Made by a program: the position numbers and the translations under genes | Notes under the pieces: generated by a model | Seen by the model: the letters and a program-made list of their open reading frames with translations, nothing else | What the model was told of the DNA's origin: nothing | Databases searched by the model: none | Part shown: positions 43,827 to 53,667 of the stretch, one piece after another | Position numbering within the stretch: position 1 is the first letter of the stretch | How the letters are laid out: each line of letters opens with the position of its first letter | NCBI GenBank assembly: GCA_963817535.1 | Contig: CAWFOW010000011.1 | Coordinates: 243,473-307,472, forward strand | Direction: 5' to 3' | Source of the DNA: an uncultured Alphaproteobacteria bacterium | Lineage (GTDB): Bacteria; Pseudomonadota; Alphaproteobacteria; MPNO01; DASWLB01 | Length of the DNA stretch: 64,000 nucleotides

Positions 43827-44267
43827 TCAGATTTTGTCGAAGAGGAAGCGGAGCGCCACCACGGCGCACAGCCCGACAAGAGTGATCAGCGAAAACAGGC
43901 CGATCAGGCGGAAGGGATTCGACTGGCGTGCCTTCGCCGCACGGACCGCCTCGGCGCGCTTGCGCACCTTGTCCTGGGCGGTCTGGGCTCGGTGCTGCTG
44001 AACCTGCTGACGCACCTCGCGGTTGCGCTCCAGCGCCTGGGCATTGGATTCCGCGACCTTGCTGCCGCGGAAGATGGTGCGGATCTTGGTCTTCTGCGTG
44101 CCTTCGTCGAATTCTTCTTCGATCACCCGGATGCCCGGGTGGCGGCCCAACTCGTCCATCCGCTGGGCTTCGAACAGGGCGAGGTCGCGATCGTCGAAGA
44201 CCGAATCGATCTTCCAGCGCCCGCCCTGGAAGGTGTGGATCTCGTAGGCCTTCAGGCTGCTGCTCAT
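43827..44267 (-). CDS. hypothetical protein with C-terminal transmembrane anchor
   Basis: ATG at 44267 (MSSSLKAYEIHTFQGGRWKID...); C-terminal LIGLFSLITLVGLCAVVALRFLF. Confidence 0.4.
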   Translation of the reverse strand: MSSSLKAYEIHTFQGGRWKIDSVFDDRDLALFEAQRMDELGRHPGIRVIEEEFDEGTQKTKIRTIFRGSKVAESNAQALERNREVRQQVQQHRAQTAQDKVRKRAEAVRAAKARQSNPFRLIGLFSLITLVGLCAVVALRFLFDKI

Positions 44268-44285
44268 GGGTGCCCCGCTCGCCAC

Positions 44286-44747
44286 CTAGGCCGAGACGAC
44301 TTCGCGGCAGTTCGCCGCGCAAACCAGCGCGGAGATCGACCGGTCGTCTTCGCTCGTGGGCAGGACGATGGAGCGGTACAAAATCGTGATGCCGCGTCCG
44401 TCGCGGAACGAGCCGCCGCGCGTCACGGGAACCTGCTTGCGCAGCACCTCTTCCAGATAGCTCAGCGGCTGGGCAGGCAGGGTGTCCGGTTCGAATGCGG
44501 CGAGCCGTATGCCGGCCAGACCGCTTCCAGCATAGGATGAGATCGTTCGTCCGGCGCGCACGACCTTCGGATTTTTTGCGTTCTCTGCCAGGTCGAGGAT
44601 GAAGCAGAACGGCCAGAGCTCCGGGGCCGACCCCTCGTCGAAGCTCGCGGACGGCGGCCACGAGCGTTCGTCCCGCGCCGCGCGCCAGTATTCGAGCAGG
44701 CGCAGCACCATGCGCCGCTCTTTGCCGGTGCGAAACTCTTCCGTCAC
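44286..44747 (-). CDS. hypothetical protein (PAS-like fold suspected)
   Basis: 153 aa, conserved-hypothetical-like. Stop is adjacent to the start of the downstream hypothetical. Confidence 0.35.
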   Translation of the reverse strand: MTEEFRTGKERRMVLRLLEYWRAARDERSWPPSASFDEGSAPELWPFCFILDLAENAKNPKVVRAGRTISSYAGSGLAGIRLAAFEPDTLPAQPLSYLEEVLRKQVPVTRGGSFRDGRGITILYRSIVLPTSEDDRSISALVCAANCREVVSA

Positions 44748-44932
44748 GCTGACCCCACGGACTGTTCGGGCAAGGGCGTTCGTTAACCAAGCAAATCTGG
44801 CCGGATTTGATTAAAACCACGTAAACTGCGGAATTCCCGCCGGTTGGCGCAATGCGCGGCGATCCAGGTTCCTTTCGGAGCCCGGATCGCCGTGTCGCCG
44901 CGTGCAGGCGGTGAGGGGTGGCGGGTCGCGCG

Positions 44933-46270
44933 CTATCGCGTCAGCCAGCCGCGCGCACGCACGGTGCAGACGGCGTAGGGGAAGATCCAGAACAGTGCGA
45001 CTGACGCGAAATAGGCGTACAGCACCCCGTACAGGAAATCGAATGAGCGCTCGCTTCTCAGGAAGTACAGGACGTTGAGCAGTGCCAGAAGGCCCATCGC
45101 CGTTAGCATTCGCGGGATGGTATGCGGATCGTTGACGGCAAGTGCGACCATCAGGAAAAGACTGGCGTACAGGATCGGGTAGCGAAAATTGGTGATGACC
45201 CGGTCGAACAGCGCGATGGTTCCAACCACGACCGGCCGCTTCCACACGATGCGGGCGAAGCGAATCTCCTCGCGCACGTAGCTGCGGTCCCAGCGCAGCA
45301 GCATCTTGCACAGCTTGCGGTATTTCTCCGGCACCTCGGTGTGGACCACGGCGGCGCGCTGGTAGACCGTGTCGTAGCCGGCGTCGAGAAGGTAGTTGGT
45401 CATGGCCCGGTCCTCGCCGAACGTGCAGCGCGAGCCGAGGAACTTCTGGTTACGCCATTGGTGCAGCACGCCCCTGACCGCCGCGGCGCGAAGCCCGGTC
45501 AACGCGCCCGGGCAGCAGAACACGGTGCGGTAAACCGACTCCACCGATCGCAGGAAGTCGAACGACAGCACGAAGCGCACGTGCAGCATGCGGGGAATAA
45601 GCCCCTTCCGGCGGTTGTACACCGACACCTTGCCGGCGACGGCGCCGACGCGCGGGTCGCGGAACGGGCCGGCCATCGCCAGCAGGGCGTCGGGCTCGAT
45701 CACGCTGTCGGAATCGATTGTCACCAATATATCGCCGCGGGCGCGCGAAAACCCGAGCGCCAGTGCTTCGCGCTTGCCCCGGTTGCGGTCCTGTTGCAGC
45801 GGTGTCACCAGAGCCGGATGGCGCTCGGCGGCCTGGAGGATGTACGACCAGGTGTCGTCCTTCGAGCCATCGTCGATGACGATGATCTCCAGCCGGTCCT
45901 GCGGGTATTGCGCCGCCGCCACCGCCTCGATCGATTTCAGGACCATGGCGCCCTCGTTATACGCGGGGATGACCACGGTCATTGAAGGCGCGTCCTGGAA
46001 CCGGATCGGGGCGAACGGCCGGTAGGCGATCCACACGCCGGTGCGGAACACCAGGAGCGCCGCGCCCATCGCCGTCCATAGGATGCTGGGATAAAGGAAC
46101 CATTTGAGCGACCGATGCTGGTCGGCGAGCTCGATGATGCGTCCGTACAGGTGGTTGGCCTGATAGTAGAACGCCACCGCAAACGCGGTGAAGATCACGG
46201 CATACACAAAAAGCGTCCAGGTGTCGGCTCCGCCAGACGCCTGGCCGCGCGCACGCGATAGTACTGTCAT
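44933..46270 (-). CDS. glycosyltransferase family 2, processive (NodC/hyaluronan/cellulose-synthase-like)
   Basis: VVIPAYNEG, DDGSKD, TIDSDS (DxD) and LLRWDRS (QxxRW-like). Multiple TM segments flank the catalytic domain. Confidence 0.8.
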   Translation of the reverse strand: MTVLSRARGQASGGADTWTLFVYAVIFTAFAVAFYYQANHLYGRIIELADQHRSLKWFLYPSILWTAMGAALLVFRTGVWIAYRPFAPIRFQDAPSMTVVIPAYNEGAMVLKSIEAVAAAQYPQDRLEIIVIDDGSKDDTWSYILQAAERHPALVTPLQQDRNRGKREALALGFSRARGDILVTIDSDSVIEPDALLAMAGPFRDPRVGAVAGKVSVYNRRKGLIPRMLHVRFVLSFDFLRSVESVYRTVFCCPGALTGLRAAAVRGVLHQWRNQKFLGSRCTFGEDRAMTNYLLDAGYDTVYQRAAVVHTEVPEKYRKLCKMLLRWDRSYVREEIRFARIVWKRPVVVGTIALFDRVITNFRYPILYASLFLMVALAVNDPHTIPRMLTAMGLLALLNVLYFLRSERSFDFLYGVLYAYFASVALFWIFPYAVCTVRARGWLTR

Positions 46271-46289
46271 GATACTCCGTTCGGGGTAG

Positions 46290-46314
46290 CCTGTCGGCCC
46301 CGCCTGTCGGCCCC
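46290..46314. repeat. tandem direct repeat cctgtcggcccc x2 in divergent GT2/aroQ promoter region
   Basis: cctgtcggcccc g cctgtcggcccc. Confidence 0.5.
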
Positions 46315-46532
46315 ATGCGCGCCCGGCCCCCTTTGGCGCCGCTGCCGCTTCCGGCCTTCAAGCGAATCCCACGACGAGGTGGTCACGATTCCGGCGGCCC
46401 GACGGTGCGATATTTGCGTTTGCGACACGGGGTCACGTTTATGTCACGGCGGCGTTCGAGCCGAGGCGACAACGGGCCCCGGACCGTTGCCCGACTCATG
46501 ACGCGTGCTATAACCGGGCGGCCAAACGGAGG

Positions 46533-46997
46533 GTGCGCGCCTTGGCTTTACGTCCCCGGACGCTGGTCCTCAACGGGCCCAACCTCAACATGCTCGGCAG
46601 CCGCGAGCCCGAGATCTATGGCCGCACCACCTTGGCCGAGATCGAGGCGCTGTGCCAGGCGGCCGGCGAGCGGCTGGAGCTCGAGGTCGATTTCCGCCAG
46701 TCGAACAGCGAGGCCGACCTGGTCGACTGGATCCAGGAGGCGAAGGGCAAGGCTGCCGGAATCGTAATCAACGCCGCCGCCTTCACCCATACCTCGGTCG
46801 CGATCCTCGACGCCCTGAAGCTCGCCGAGCTGCCGGTGATCGAGCTACATTTGTCGAATCCGATGACGCGCGAGCCGTTCCGCCGCCGCTCCTACGTCAC
46901 GCCGGTCGCGCGCGGCCTGATCTGCGGCTTCGGTCCGCAGGGCTACGTGCTGGCGCTCGAGGCGATGGCCCACCTCCTTGCCGAGTCGGGTGGCTGA
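46533..46997 (+). CDS. aroQ: type II 3-dehydroquinate dehydratase
   Basis: [20 protein letters not shown]... Track start GTG 46533. An alternative TTG at 46542 has better RBS spacing (GGAGG 46528..46532). Confidence 0.9.
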   Translation: MRALALRPRTLVLNGPNLNMLGSREPEIYGRTTLAEIEALCQAAGERLELEVDFRQSNSEADLVDWIQEAKGKAAGIVINAAAFTHTSVAILDALKLAELPVIELHLSNPMTREPFRRRSYVTPVARGLICGFGPQGYVLALEAMAHLLAESGG

Positions 46998-47443
46998 TGC
47001 CGGGCATCAAAATCGATCCCGAACTGATCCGAAGCCTCGCGGCACTGCTCGAGGAGACCGGCCTCAGCGAGATCGAGGTTGCCGAGGGCACGGCGCGGGT
47101 GCGCGTGGCCCGGCCGGCCGCTTCCGGCGCAACCTCGGGCGCCCCGACCCACACCGTGGCCGCCGGCCCGTCCGCACCGGCGGGCGGGGCCTCCGCGTCG
47201 GCCGAGCCGGCTGGCCTCGTCAAGTCGCCTCTGGTCGGCACGGTCTATCTCGCGCCCGAACCGGGCGCGCCGGCCTTCGTCAAGGCGGGCGACAGCGTGG
47301 CCGAGGGCCAGACGCTGGCGCTCATCGAGGCGATGAAGACGTTCAACCCGGTGCGCGCGCCGCGCGCCGGGCGGGTGGCCCGTATCCTGGTGAGCGACGG
47401 CACACCCGTGGAGTACGGCGAAGGCCTGATGATCCTCGAATAG
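46997..47443 (+). CDS. accB: acetyl-CoA carboxylase biotin carboxyl carrier protein
   Basis: [31 protein letters not shown]...EAMKTFNPVRAPRAG (biotinyl-Lys motif AMK). The ATG overlaps the aroQ stop (CTGATG). Confidence 0.9.
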   Translation: MPGIKIDPELIRSLAALLEETGLSEIEVAEGTARVRVARPAASGATSGAPTHTVAAGPSAPAGGASASAEPAGLVKSPLVGTVYLAPEPGAPAFVKAGDSVAEGQTLALIEAMKTFNPVRAPRAGRVARILVSDGTPVEYGEGLMILE

Positions 47444-47444
47444 C

Positions 47445-48791
47445 ATGTTCGAAAAGGTCCTGATCGCCAATCGAGGGGAGATCGCGCTGCGGATCCACCG
47501 CGCCTGCCACGAGATGGGCATCCAGACCGTGGCGGTGCACTCGACGATCGATTCCGACGCGATGCACGTGCGCCTGGCCGACGAGAGCGTGTGCATCGGC
47601 GAGGCGCCGGCGCGGGCGAGCTACCTCAACATGCCGGCGATCGTGTCGGCGGCGATCGTCACCAATGCCGACGCGATCCACCCGGGCTACGGGTTCCTGT
47701 CCGAGAACGCACGCTTCGCCGAGATCGTCGAGGAGCATGGGATCGCCTTCATCGGGCCGCAGGCGAAGCATATCCGCCTGATGGGCGACAAGGTGGCGGC
47801 CAAGGCCGAGATGCGCCGGCTCGGCGTCCCGGTCGTGCCGGGCACCGACGAGCCGGTCGGCGGCGACAACGAGGCGATCGCCGCCGCCGAGGACATCGGC
47901 TACCCGGTGCTGATCAAGGCGGTGGGCGGGGGCGGCGGCCGCGGCATGAAGCGCGTCGCGCGGCGCGCCGACATGTCGGAGGCGCTGTCGATGGCGCGCG
48001 CCGAGGCGGCCGCCGCGTTCGGCGAGCCGGCGCTCTATGTCGAAAAGCTGCTGCAGCGTCCGCGCCATATCGAGGTACAGGTGCTGGCGGACGGATCCGG
48101 CCACGTGGTGCATCTGGGCGAGCGCGACTGCTCGATCCAGCGCCGCCACCAGAAGGTGATCGAGGAGGCCGGCTCGCCCGGCCTCAACCGCGCCCAGCGC
48201 GACGGGCTCGGCGAACTGGTGCGCGATGCGATGGCGGGTCTCGGCTACCGCAACGCCGGCACGGTCGAGTTCCTTTACGAGGACGGCGCGTTTCACTTCA
48301 TCGAGATGAACACGCGGCTGCAGGTCGAGCACCCGGTGACCGAGATGATCACCGGCATCGACATCGTGCGCGAGCAGATCCGGATCGCCGCCGGGCTGCC
48401 GCTCGGGTTCGGCCAGGACGACGTGCGGTTCTTCGGCCACGCCATCGAATGCCGCATCAATGCGGAGTCGCCGGTGACCTTCCGCCCGTCGCCGGGAAAG
48501 GTCAGCGAGTACCATCCGCCCGGCGGGCCCGGCGTGCGCGCCAACTCCGCGCTCTATTCGGGCTATGCCATCCCGCCGAACTACGACAGCCTGGTCTCCA
48601 AGCTGGTGGTCCATGGCACGACGCGCAACGAGTGCCTCATGCGGCTGCGCCGCGCGCTCGAAGAGTACGTGATCGGCGGGATCGAGACGACCATCCCGCT
48701 GCACCAGCGCATTCTGACGGAGTCCGACTTCGTCAATGGCGCCTATGACACGACGTGGCTCGAGCGGCTGGTCGGCGGCGAGGCGGGGTAG
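47445..48791 (+). CDS. accC: acetyl-CoA carboxylase biotin carboxylase subunit
   Basis: 448 aa, MFEKVLIANRGEIALRIHRAC..., ATP-grasp. Confidence 0.95.
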   Translation: MFEKVLIANRGEIALRIHRACHEMGIQTVAVHSTIDSDAMHVRLADESVCIGEAPARASYLNMPAIVSAAIVTNADAIHPGYGFLSENARFAEIVEEHGIAFIGPQAKHIRLMGDKVAAKAEMRRLGVPVVPGTDEPVGGDNEAIAAAEDIGYPVLIKAVGGGGGRGMKRVARRADMSEALSMARAEAAAAFGEPALYVEKLLQRPRHIEVQVLADGSGHVVHLGERDCSIQRRHQKVIEEAGSPGLNRAQRDGLGELVRDAMAGLGYRNAGTVEFLYEDGAFHFIEMNTRLQVEHPVTEMITGIDIVREQIRIAAGLPLGFGQDDVRFFGHAIECRINAESPVTFRPSPGKVSEYHPPGGPGVRANSALYSGYAIPPNYDSLVSKLVVHGTTRNECLMRLRRALEEYVIGGIETTIPLHQRILTESDFVNGAYDTTWLERLVGGEAG

Positions 48792-48799
48792 GGCGAGCT

Positions 48800-50557
48800 T
48801 TAAGCCGCGACTTCGGCGTCCTCGGTCGCCCGGCGCCAGCGCTGGGAATCGGCGGTGGCGAGCGGATCGGTCCGGTATGCCCAGAACATGCCGTAGTTCT
48901 TGTTCTCGAAGATCGGGTAGAGGCGATAGCCCAGCGCGGTCAGCCGGTCGCGGCACCAGGCGTGCCCATCCGGGCGGTCCGGGCGGGCGTGCCATTCGAG
49001 GACGATCGCGCGCACGTTGAGCGTCTCGAAGCGCGGGTCTTCCAGGAGCTCGTACTCGCCCCCTTCGATATCGATCTTCATGACGTCGATCTCTCGCTCG
49101 GCGAGGATCGGGAAGATGTCGACGATCTTGGTCTCGAAACCACTGCCCGCGACGTTCGACATGTGGGACGAGCTGCCGTCGTCGGAGATCCATCCGCTGC
49201 CGTCCGCAGCTCCGGCGGCGGCTTCGTACAGGGTCGTCCTGGTGTCGTAGCCGTTGCGGGCCAGGTTGGCGCGGCACTGTGCGACGTGGCCGGGGTGCGG
49301 CTCGAACGCGATCGCATTCGCCCGCCAGTACATTCCGAGGAGGTATACGAGCGACATGCCGACGTTCGCGCCGATATCGACAACCAACTTCACGCGCACC
49401 CGCGGAATCCACACGATCGGCTGCAGGAGCTTATACACGAACATTTCGTATGCCACGCCGCCGTCGTTGTTGCCGGCCGTCGGCGGGCGAAGCTGATACT
49501 CGGGTCCCACGCGTGACTTCACCCAGATGGGCCCACGCTTCCCCGCAAGGCGCCAGGCGAGGTAGCTCGCCGCGCTCCGCGGGGTAAGCGACCGGGCGAA
49601 GGCCAGCGGGTAGCTGTCCACGACGGGCGGCTTCTCTCGCACGGGAAGCGAGGGCGCGCGCCCCGGCAGAAGTTCGGCGATGACCTCCTGGCCGCGGGCG
49701 GCGTAGTAGTCGTCGATGAAGCGCGACGCGCCGATGAAATGGAAAAACTTGGCCGGCTTGCGCAGCGCGTTCGGAATGAAGCTCTCATATTCCGGGAAGG
49801 GCAGGATGACCGCGCCGGGCGAGTTGGCGATCGCGAAGTTCGAGCCCGACTGCTCGGTTCCCCATTCCCGCCAGCGCTTTGCGCCCACGAGCTTTTCCAT
49901 CTCGACATGGAAGCGCGTGATCTCCGCGCGCCCGAAGCCGCCGCGCGAGAATCCGGCGAAACCCGATGAGCCGCGCACGTAGCGCCAGTTTGCGGCGTCG
50001 GGGTAATCGCGAAAGCGCCGTTCGGTGACAATGCCGATATAGTCGCTCGGGGTTATGTCCGCCTCGTCGGCGATCTCGGGAAGTGGCATCAGCGCGAAAC
50101 CGTCCGACATGGTGAACGGCGTATTGGAATTCACGCAGCGGACCACTTCGTCGATGTCCGCCCCGACCGTCAACGTATCGGCATCGAGTTGGATGGTGTA
50201 TTCGGTCTCCGACCGGTCGAGGCAATAGAGCAGCCGCTCCCACGTGCCGCCGCGCTGGCACTCGCCGGTTGGGATGTCCTCGAGGATGACGAACTCAATC
50301 TCGGGCACGTGACACTTCAACAAGTCGAGCGACGGTTCCGGCGTGTCGCGGTCGATGATCGCGATCACCCTGCCGCGCCCGAGCTTGCGGTAGAACGACT
50401 TTAGCGCCAGCAAATACATCGTGACGTCGCCCTTCGCGACCATGCTGACGATGCCCCAGGGAGCATCCTCGAGCCGAAGGGGCGGGGTATCGAGGATGCC
50501 GCTTATCGCCTCGTTGTATTGGCGAATTTGTCGTTTTCTCTGCAATCGGTAGAACAT
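48800..50557 (-). CDS. two-domain protein: N-terminal glycosyltransferase-like domain fused to C-terminal FkbM-family methyltransferase
   Basis: 585 aa. C-terminal [16 protein letters not shown]...FEPHP...[13 protein letters not shown] are FkbM motifs. N-terminal ~350 aa has a DxD-like QLDADTL. Codon GC is somewhat lower at the N-terminus. Confidence 0.6.
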   Translation of the reverse strand: MFYRLQRKRQIRQYNEAISGILDTPPLRLEDAPWGIVSMVAKGDVTMYLLALKSFYRKLGRGRVIAIIDRDTPEPSLDLLKCHVPEIEFVILEDIPTGECQRGGTWERLLYCLDRSETEYTIQLDADTLTVGADIDEVVRCVNSNTPFTMSDGFALMPLPEIADEADITPSDYIGIVTERRFRDYPDAANWRYVRGSSGFAGFSRGGFGRAEITRFHVEMEKLVGAKRWREWGTEQSGSNFAIANSPGAVILPFPEYESFIPNALRKPAKFFHFIGASRFIDDYYAARGQEVIAELLPGRAPSLPVREKPPVVDSYPLAFARSLTPRSAASYLAWRLAGKRGPIWVKSRVGPEYQLRPPTAGNNDGGVAYEMFVYKLLQPIVWIPRVRVKLVVDIGANVGMSLVYLLGMYWRANAIAFEPHPGHVAQCRANLARNGYDTRTTLYEAAAGAADGSGWISDDGSSSHMSNVAGSGFETKIVDIFPILAEREIDVMKIDIEGGEYELLEDPRFETLNVRAIVLEWHARPDRPDGHAWCRDRLTALGYRLYPIFENKNYGMFWAYRTDPLATADSQRWRRATEDAEVAA

Positions 50558-50720
50558 GGGGTATCCTCGGCAAGGACTGCGATGTCACCGAAATGTAAAG
50601 CATGATCCCTTCGATGACGAACCGCGACCATGGGCCAGCAATTGTCTACCCTGTCAAGGGGGCGGTTGCGGCCATGCGGATCGCTACCGCTTTGGCGGAT
50701 GGGGCACTAAATTAGCGTCC

Positions 50721-51371
50721 ATGTCCGCGCTCACGCCCGAGATCCTGCTGCGCGCCTACTCGGTGGGGTTGTTCCCGATGGCCGAGCGGCGCGACGATCC
50801 GACGCTCTATTGGATCGACCCGGAGAAGCGCGGCATCCTTCCGCTTGCCGGCTTCCATATCCCGCGTCGGCTCAAGCGGACGGTGCGCGCGGGGCACTTC
50901 GAGGTCCGCTGCGACACCGCGTTCCGCGAGGTGATGCTGGCCTGCGCCGCGCCGGCACCCGGCCGCGCGGAATCCTGGATCAACGACGAGATCGTTCGGC
51001 TGTACGAAGCGCTCCACCAGATGGGCCGCGCGCACAGCGTCGAGTGCTGGCGGGAGAACCGGCTGGTGGGCGGGCTCTATGGCGTGGCGCTCGGTGCCGC
51101 GTTCTTCGGCGAAAGCATGTTCAGCCACGAGACCGACGCGTCGAAGGTCGCGCTGGTGCATCTGGTGGCGCGATTGCGGAAGGGCGGCTTTCGCCTGCTC
51201 GACACGCAGTTCGTGACGGAGCACCTGGCGCAGTTCGGCGCCGTCGAGATCCACCGTGACGGCTACCGCGCTCTGCTCGCCACCGCGCTCGACACCACCG
51301 CGACGTTCTATTCGGAACTCGGCGAGGACGAGCTGGCCACGTTCTTGCAGTCGATCACCCACACGTCATAG
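50721..51371 (+). CDS. aat: leucyl/phenylalanyl-tRNA--protein transferase
   Basis: [42 protein letters not shown]... ATG verified at 50721. Confidence 0.9.
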   Translation: MSALTPEILLRAYSVGLFPMAERRDDPTLYWIDPEKRGILPLAGFHIPRRLKRTVRAGHFEVRCDTAFREVMLACAAPAPGRAESWINDEIVRLYEALHQMGRAHSVECWRENRLVGGLYGVALGAAFFGESMFSHETDASKVALVHLVARLRKGGFRLLDTQFVTEHLAQFGAVEIHRDGYRALLATALDTTATFYSELGEDELATFLQSITHTS

Positions 51372-51742
51372 ACGGGATGCTCGAGCGCGCTCAGCGCCGG
51401 GCTCGACGCGAACATCCAGCCAGAGAATACGCTCACCGGGTTCTCGCCCGGCTTGACGTCGCGGATCTCGAGAAAGGCGGCGCTTTCCGGCGTCTCCTCC
51501 GGCGGGCGCTTGCGGCAGGTGCGGGCGGTGATCTCGAGCGAGCCGAACTTCACGGTCTTGCCGACCGGCGCATCGAAGGTCGACACGCGCGCCGTCACCT
51601 TGTCGAGCCCCTGCATCACCACCTCGTCGAACGTGTTCCAGGTCGGTGCCTCGGCGGCCGGCGGCGCGGCGCCGGCCGGACCGGCGATCGCAAGCGCCAG
51701 CGCCAGGCCGGCCAGACCGATCTTGCGGATGGCTTCGGTCAT
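51308..51742 (-). CDS. DUF2155-like secreted protein
   Basis: 144 aa with signal peptide ([28 protein letters not shown]). The ATG at 51742 overlaps the stop of the upstream methyltransferase (ATGA). Confidence 0.5.
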   Translation of the reverse strand: MTEAIRKIGLAGLALALAIAGPAGAAPPAAEAPTWNTFDEVVMQGLDKVTARVSTFDAPVGKTVKFGSLEITARTCRKRPPEETPESAAFLEIRDVKPGENPVSVFSGWMFASSPALSALEHPVYDVWVIDCKNVASSSSPSSE

Positions 51743-52497
51743 GTCGTGGCCAGGTCGGCCGCGAAGCGCAGCCGCACATAGTCGACGATCCAACCGCCAT
51801 CGGGTCGGCGCAGGGACGGCGCCAGGGCATCGCGAAGTTCTGCGACGAAGCCCGGCCGGTCTGTGGCGGGTATGGCCGCCAGGAACGATTCTCCGAACGT
51901 CTCCAGCCAGGCCGAGATGTCGCCGGGGATCGGCGTCGGGCGCGGGATCAGCGTGATCGTGCGCACGACGAAGCCCGCGGCTTCCAGCTTTGCGCGGTAT
52001 TCGTCGGGCATGGGGAAGTACCACGGATCGTGCGCGGCGGCGTCGAGCCCGCGGCGCGCCATCGCCGCGGCGATCGCGTCGCGCACCGCGGCGACATTGC
52101 CGTGCCCGCCCATCTCGGCGACGAACCGGCCGCCGGGCTTCAGCGCGCGCGCGACGCCCCACAGCACCGCGTCGGGCCGGGTCATCCAGTGCAGCGCCGC
52201 GTTGGACAGCACGCCGTCGAATTCGTGCGCGTAGGGCAGGGCATGGCCATCGACGACGTGTGCGTCCAGTCCGCGCGCACGCGCGGCGTCGATCTGCTCG
52301 GCGCTCGAATCGACCGCGATCACCGTCGCACCGCGCGCCACGATCTTCTCGGTCAGCGCCCCGTCGCCGCAGCCGAGATCGAGGATGCGCTCGCCCGGCC
52401 GCGGGTCCAGCAGGTCGACCAACGGCGCGCCGAGATCGGCGACGAACCGCGCATTGCAGGCATAGCGCTCCGGGTTCCAGCTCTGGCGCGCGCTCAC
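51739..52497 (-). CDS. class I SAM-dependent methyltransferase (trans-aconitate methyltransferase-like)
   Basis: ILDLGCGDG motif I. N-terminal SWNPERY resembles the Tam N-terminus. Start assumed at GTG 52497; the track start 52635 adds an Arg/Ala-rich extension. Confidence 0.65.
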   Translation of the reverse strand: MSARQSWNPERYACNARFVADLGAPLVDLLDPRPGERILDLGCGDGALTEKIVARGATVIAVDSSAEQIDAARARGLDAHVVDGHALPYAHEFDGVLSNAALHWMTRPDAVLWGVARALKPGGRFVAEMGGHGNVAAVRDAIAAAMARRGLDAAAHDPWYFPMPDEYRAKLEAAGFVVRTITLIPRPTPIPGDISAWLETFGESFLAAIPATDRPGFVAELRDALAPSLRRPDGGWIVDYVRLRFAADLATT

Positions 52498-52504
52498 GCC
52501 GGGC

Positions 52505-52997
52505 CTATTTGGGCTCGGGAGACTTGCCGCCCTCTTCGCCGCCCTTGCCGCCGCCGCCGGCCTTGCCGAACACGGCCTGGCCGACCAGGGAGATGAGGTC
52601 GACGGACCCCTGCGTGTACTGGAACGAGTCGCCATTCTTCAGCATGTCGTCCGCGCCGCCCGGCGAAATGGCGAGGTAGTTCTCGCCCAGAAGCCCCGAC
52701 AGCAGGATCTTCACGGCCGAGTCCGCGCGGAATCTTCACCGACGGCTCGATGCTCATGCGAAGCTCGGCGAGATAGGTATCGGGATCGAGGCGCTCGCCG
52801 ATCACCGAGCCGACCTTGATGCCGCTGATGCGCACGTCGGCGCCCGGCTTTACTCCGTCCACCCGGTCGAACTTGGCCATGAGGTGATAGCCTTCGACCG
52901 CGCCGACATTCGCCGTCGAGTAGGCGAAGAACAGAAAACCGGCGGCGACCAGAATCACCACGCCGCCCATGACGGTCTCGATCAGGTTGCGTCCCAT
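52505..52997 (-). pseudogene. mlaD: MlaD-family (outer-membrane lipid asymmetry) protein with apparent 1-nt frameshift
   Basis: N-terminal MGRNLIETVMGGVVILVAAGFLFFAYS...MSIEPSVKIP is in one frame. The C-terminal ...DSAVKILLSGLLGENYLAISPGG...GGGGKGGEEGGKSPEPK is in another frame (track ORF 52505..52714). The junction is in the GC run around 52716..52732. Confidence 0.55.
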
Positions 52998-53032
52998 TGC
53001 GCCTCGCTAGCGGGTAAGGCCGCGGCGGACGG

Positions 53033-53392
53033 TCACGCCGGCCGCCAGGGCTCGTAATCGTCGGTGCCGGACGGCACGTTGCCGCCGGCCAGCACATGGC
53101 CCGGCGGCCGATAGGCGTCGGCCGTTCCGGTCGGGTTGGGGCGGTGCGGCTTCTGCCAAGGGCGCACGCGCGGCGGCGCCTCCACCGGCGTCACGTTCAC
53201 CGTGTGGTGCAGCCACCCGTGCCATTCGGGCGGCACCGCCGACGCTTCGGGCGTACCCGCATAGATGACCCAGCGGCGCTCGCGCCGGCCGGTCGGGCGG
53301 CCTTTTTCCCGGAAATACCGGTTGCCGAAGGAATCCTGGCCGACAGCCTCGCCTTTCAGCCAGGTAAAGAGCCGCGTGCCCAGCGTGGTCAT
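53033..53392 (-). CDS. NADH:ubiquinone oxidoreductase subunit NDUFA12-like protein
   Basis: MTTLGTRLFTWLKGEAVGQDSFGNRYFREKG...RRWVIY...PPEWHGWLHHT is the NDUFA12 family signature. ATG verified at 53392. Confidence 0.7.
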   Translation of the reverse strand: MTTLGTRLFTWLKGEAVGQDSFGNRYFREKGRPTGRRERRWVIYAGTPEASAVPPEWHGWLHHTVNVTPVEAPPRVRPWQKPHRPNPTGTADAYRPPGHVLAGGNVPSGTDDYEPWRPA

Positions 53393-53667
53393 CTGACGTC
53401 TTGACCCCTTCGCTCGTACGGGTGACGCGGGACCCGGCCCGCAATCGGCCGGAATATTGCACCTGCGGGCCGCCCCGTCCACCGCCACGCGGCCGCACGA
53501 TTCGGCTCAAAGGGCAAATTTTCCACTTCATATGGTATGATAAGGGGGAATTTTCGCAAAATATGGTTGCACCTCCGAAATCTAGCGTTCTACTATAGCC
53601 GAACCGCTAGATATGGGCCGATTTGCAGCGTTGTTTTGGCCCCAACCGGCGGTGTGGGGGGAAGACA

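Noticed and set aside
46271-46532. tRNA or small RNA in the GT2/aroQ divergent intergenic region
   Set aside because: I saw no cloverleaf-compatible pairing and no conserved tRNA boxes. Only a short tandem repeat and promoter-like sequence are present.
53393-53667. Possible cobalamin riboswitch upstream of the NrdJ-like gene
   Set aside because: I looked for a B12-box-like conserved core and the multi-stem architecture and did not see them. The region is AT-rich with short palindromes instead.
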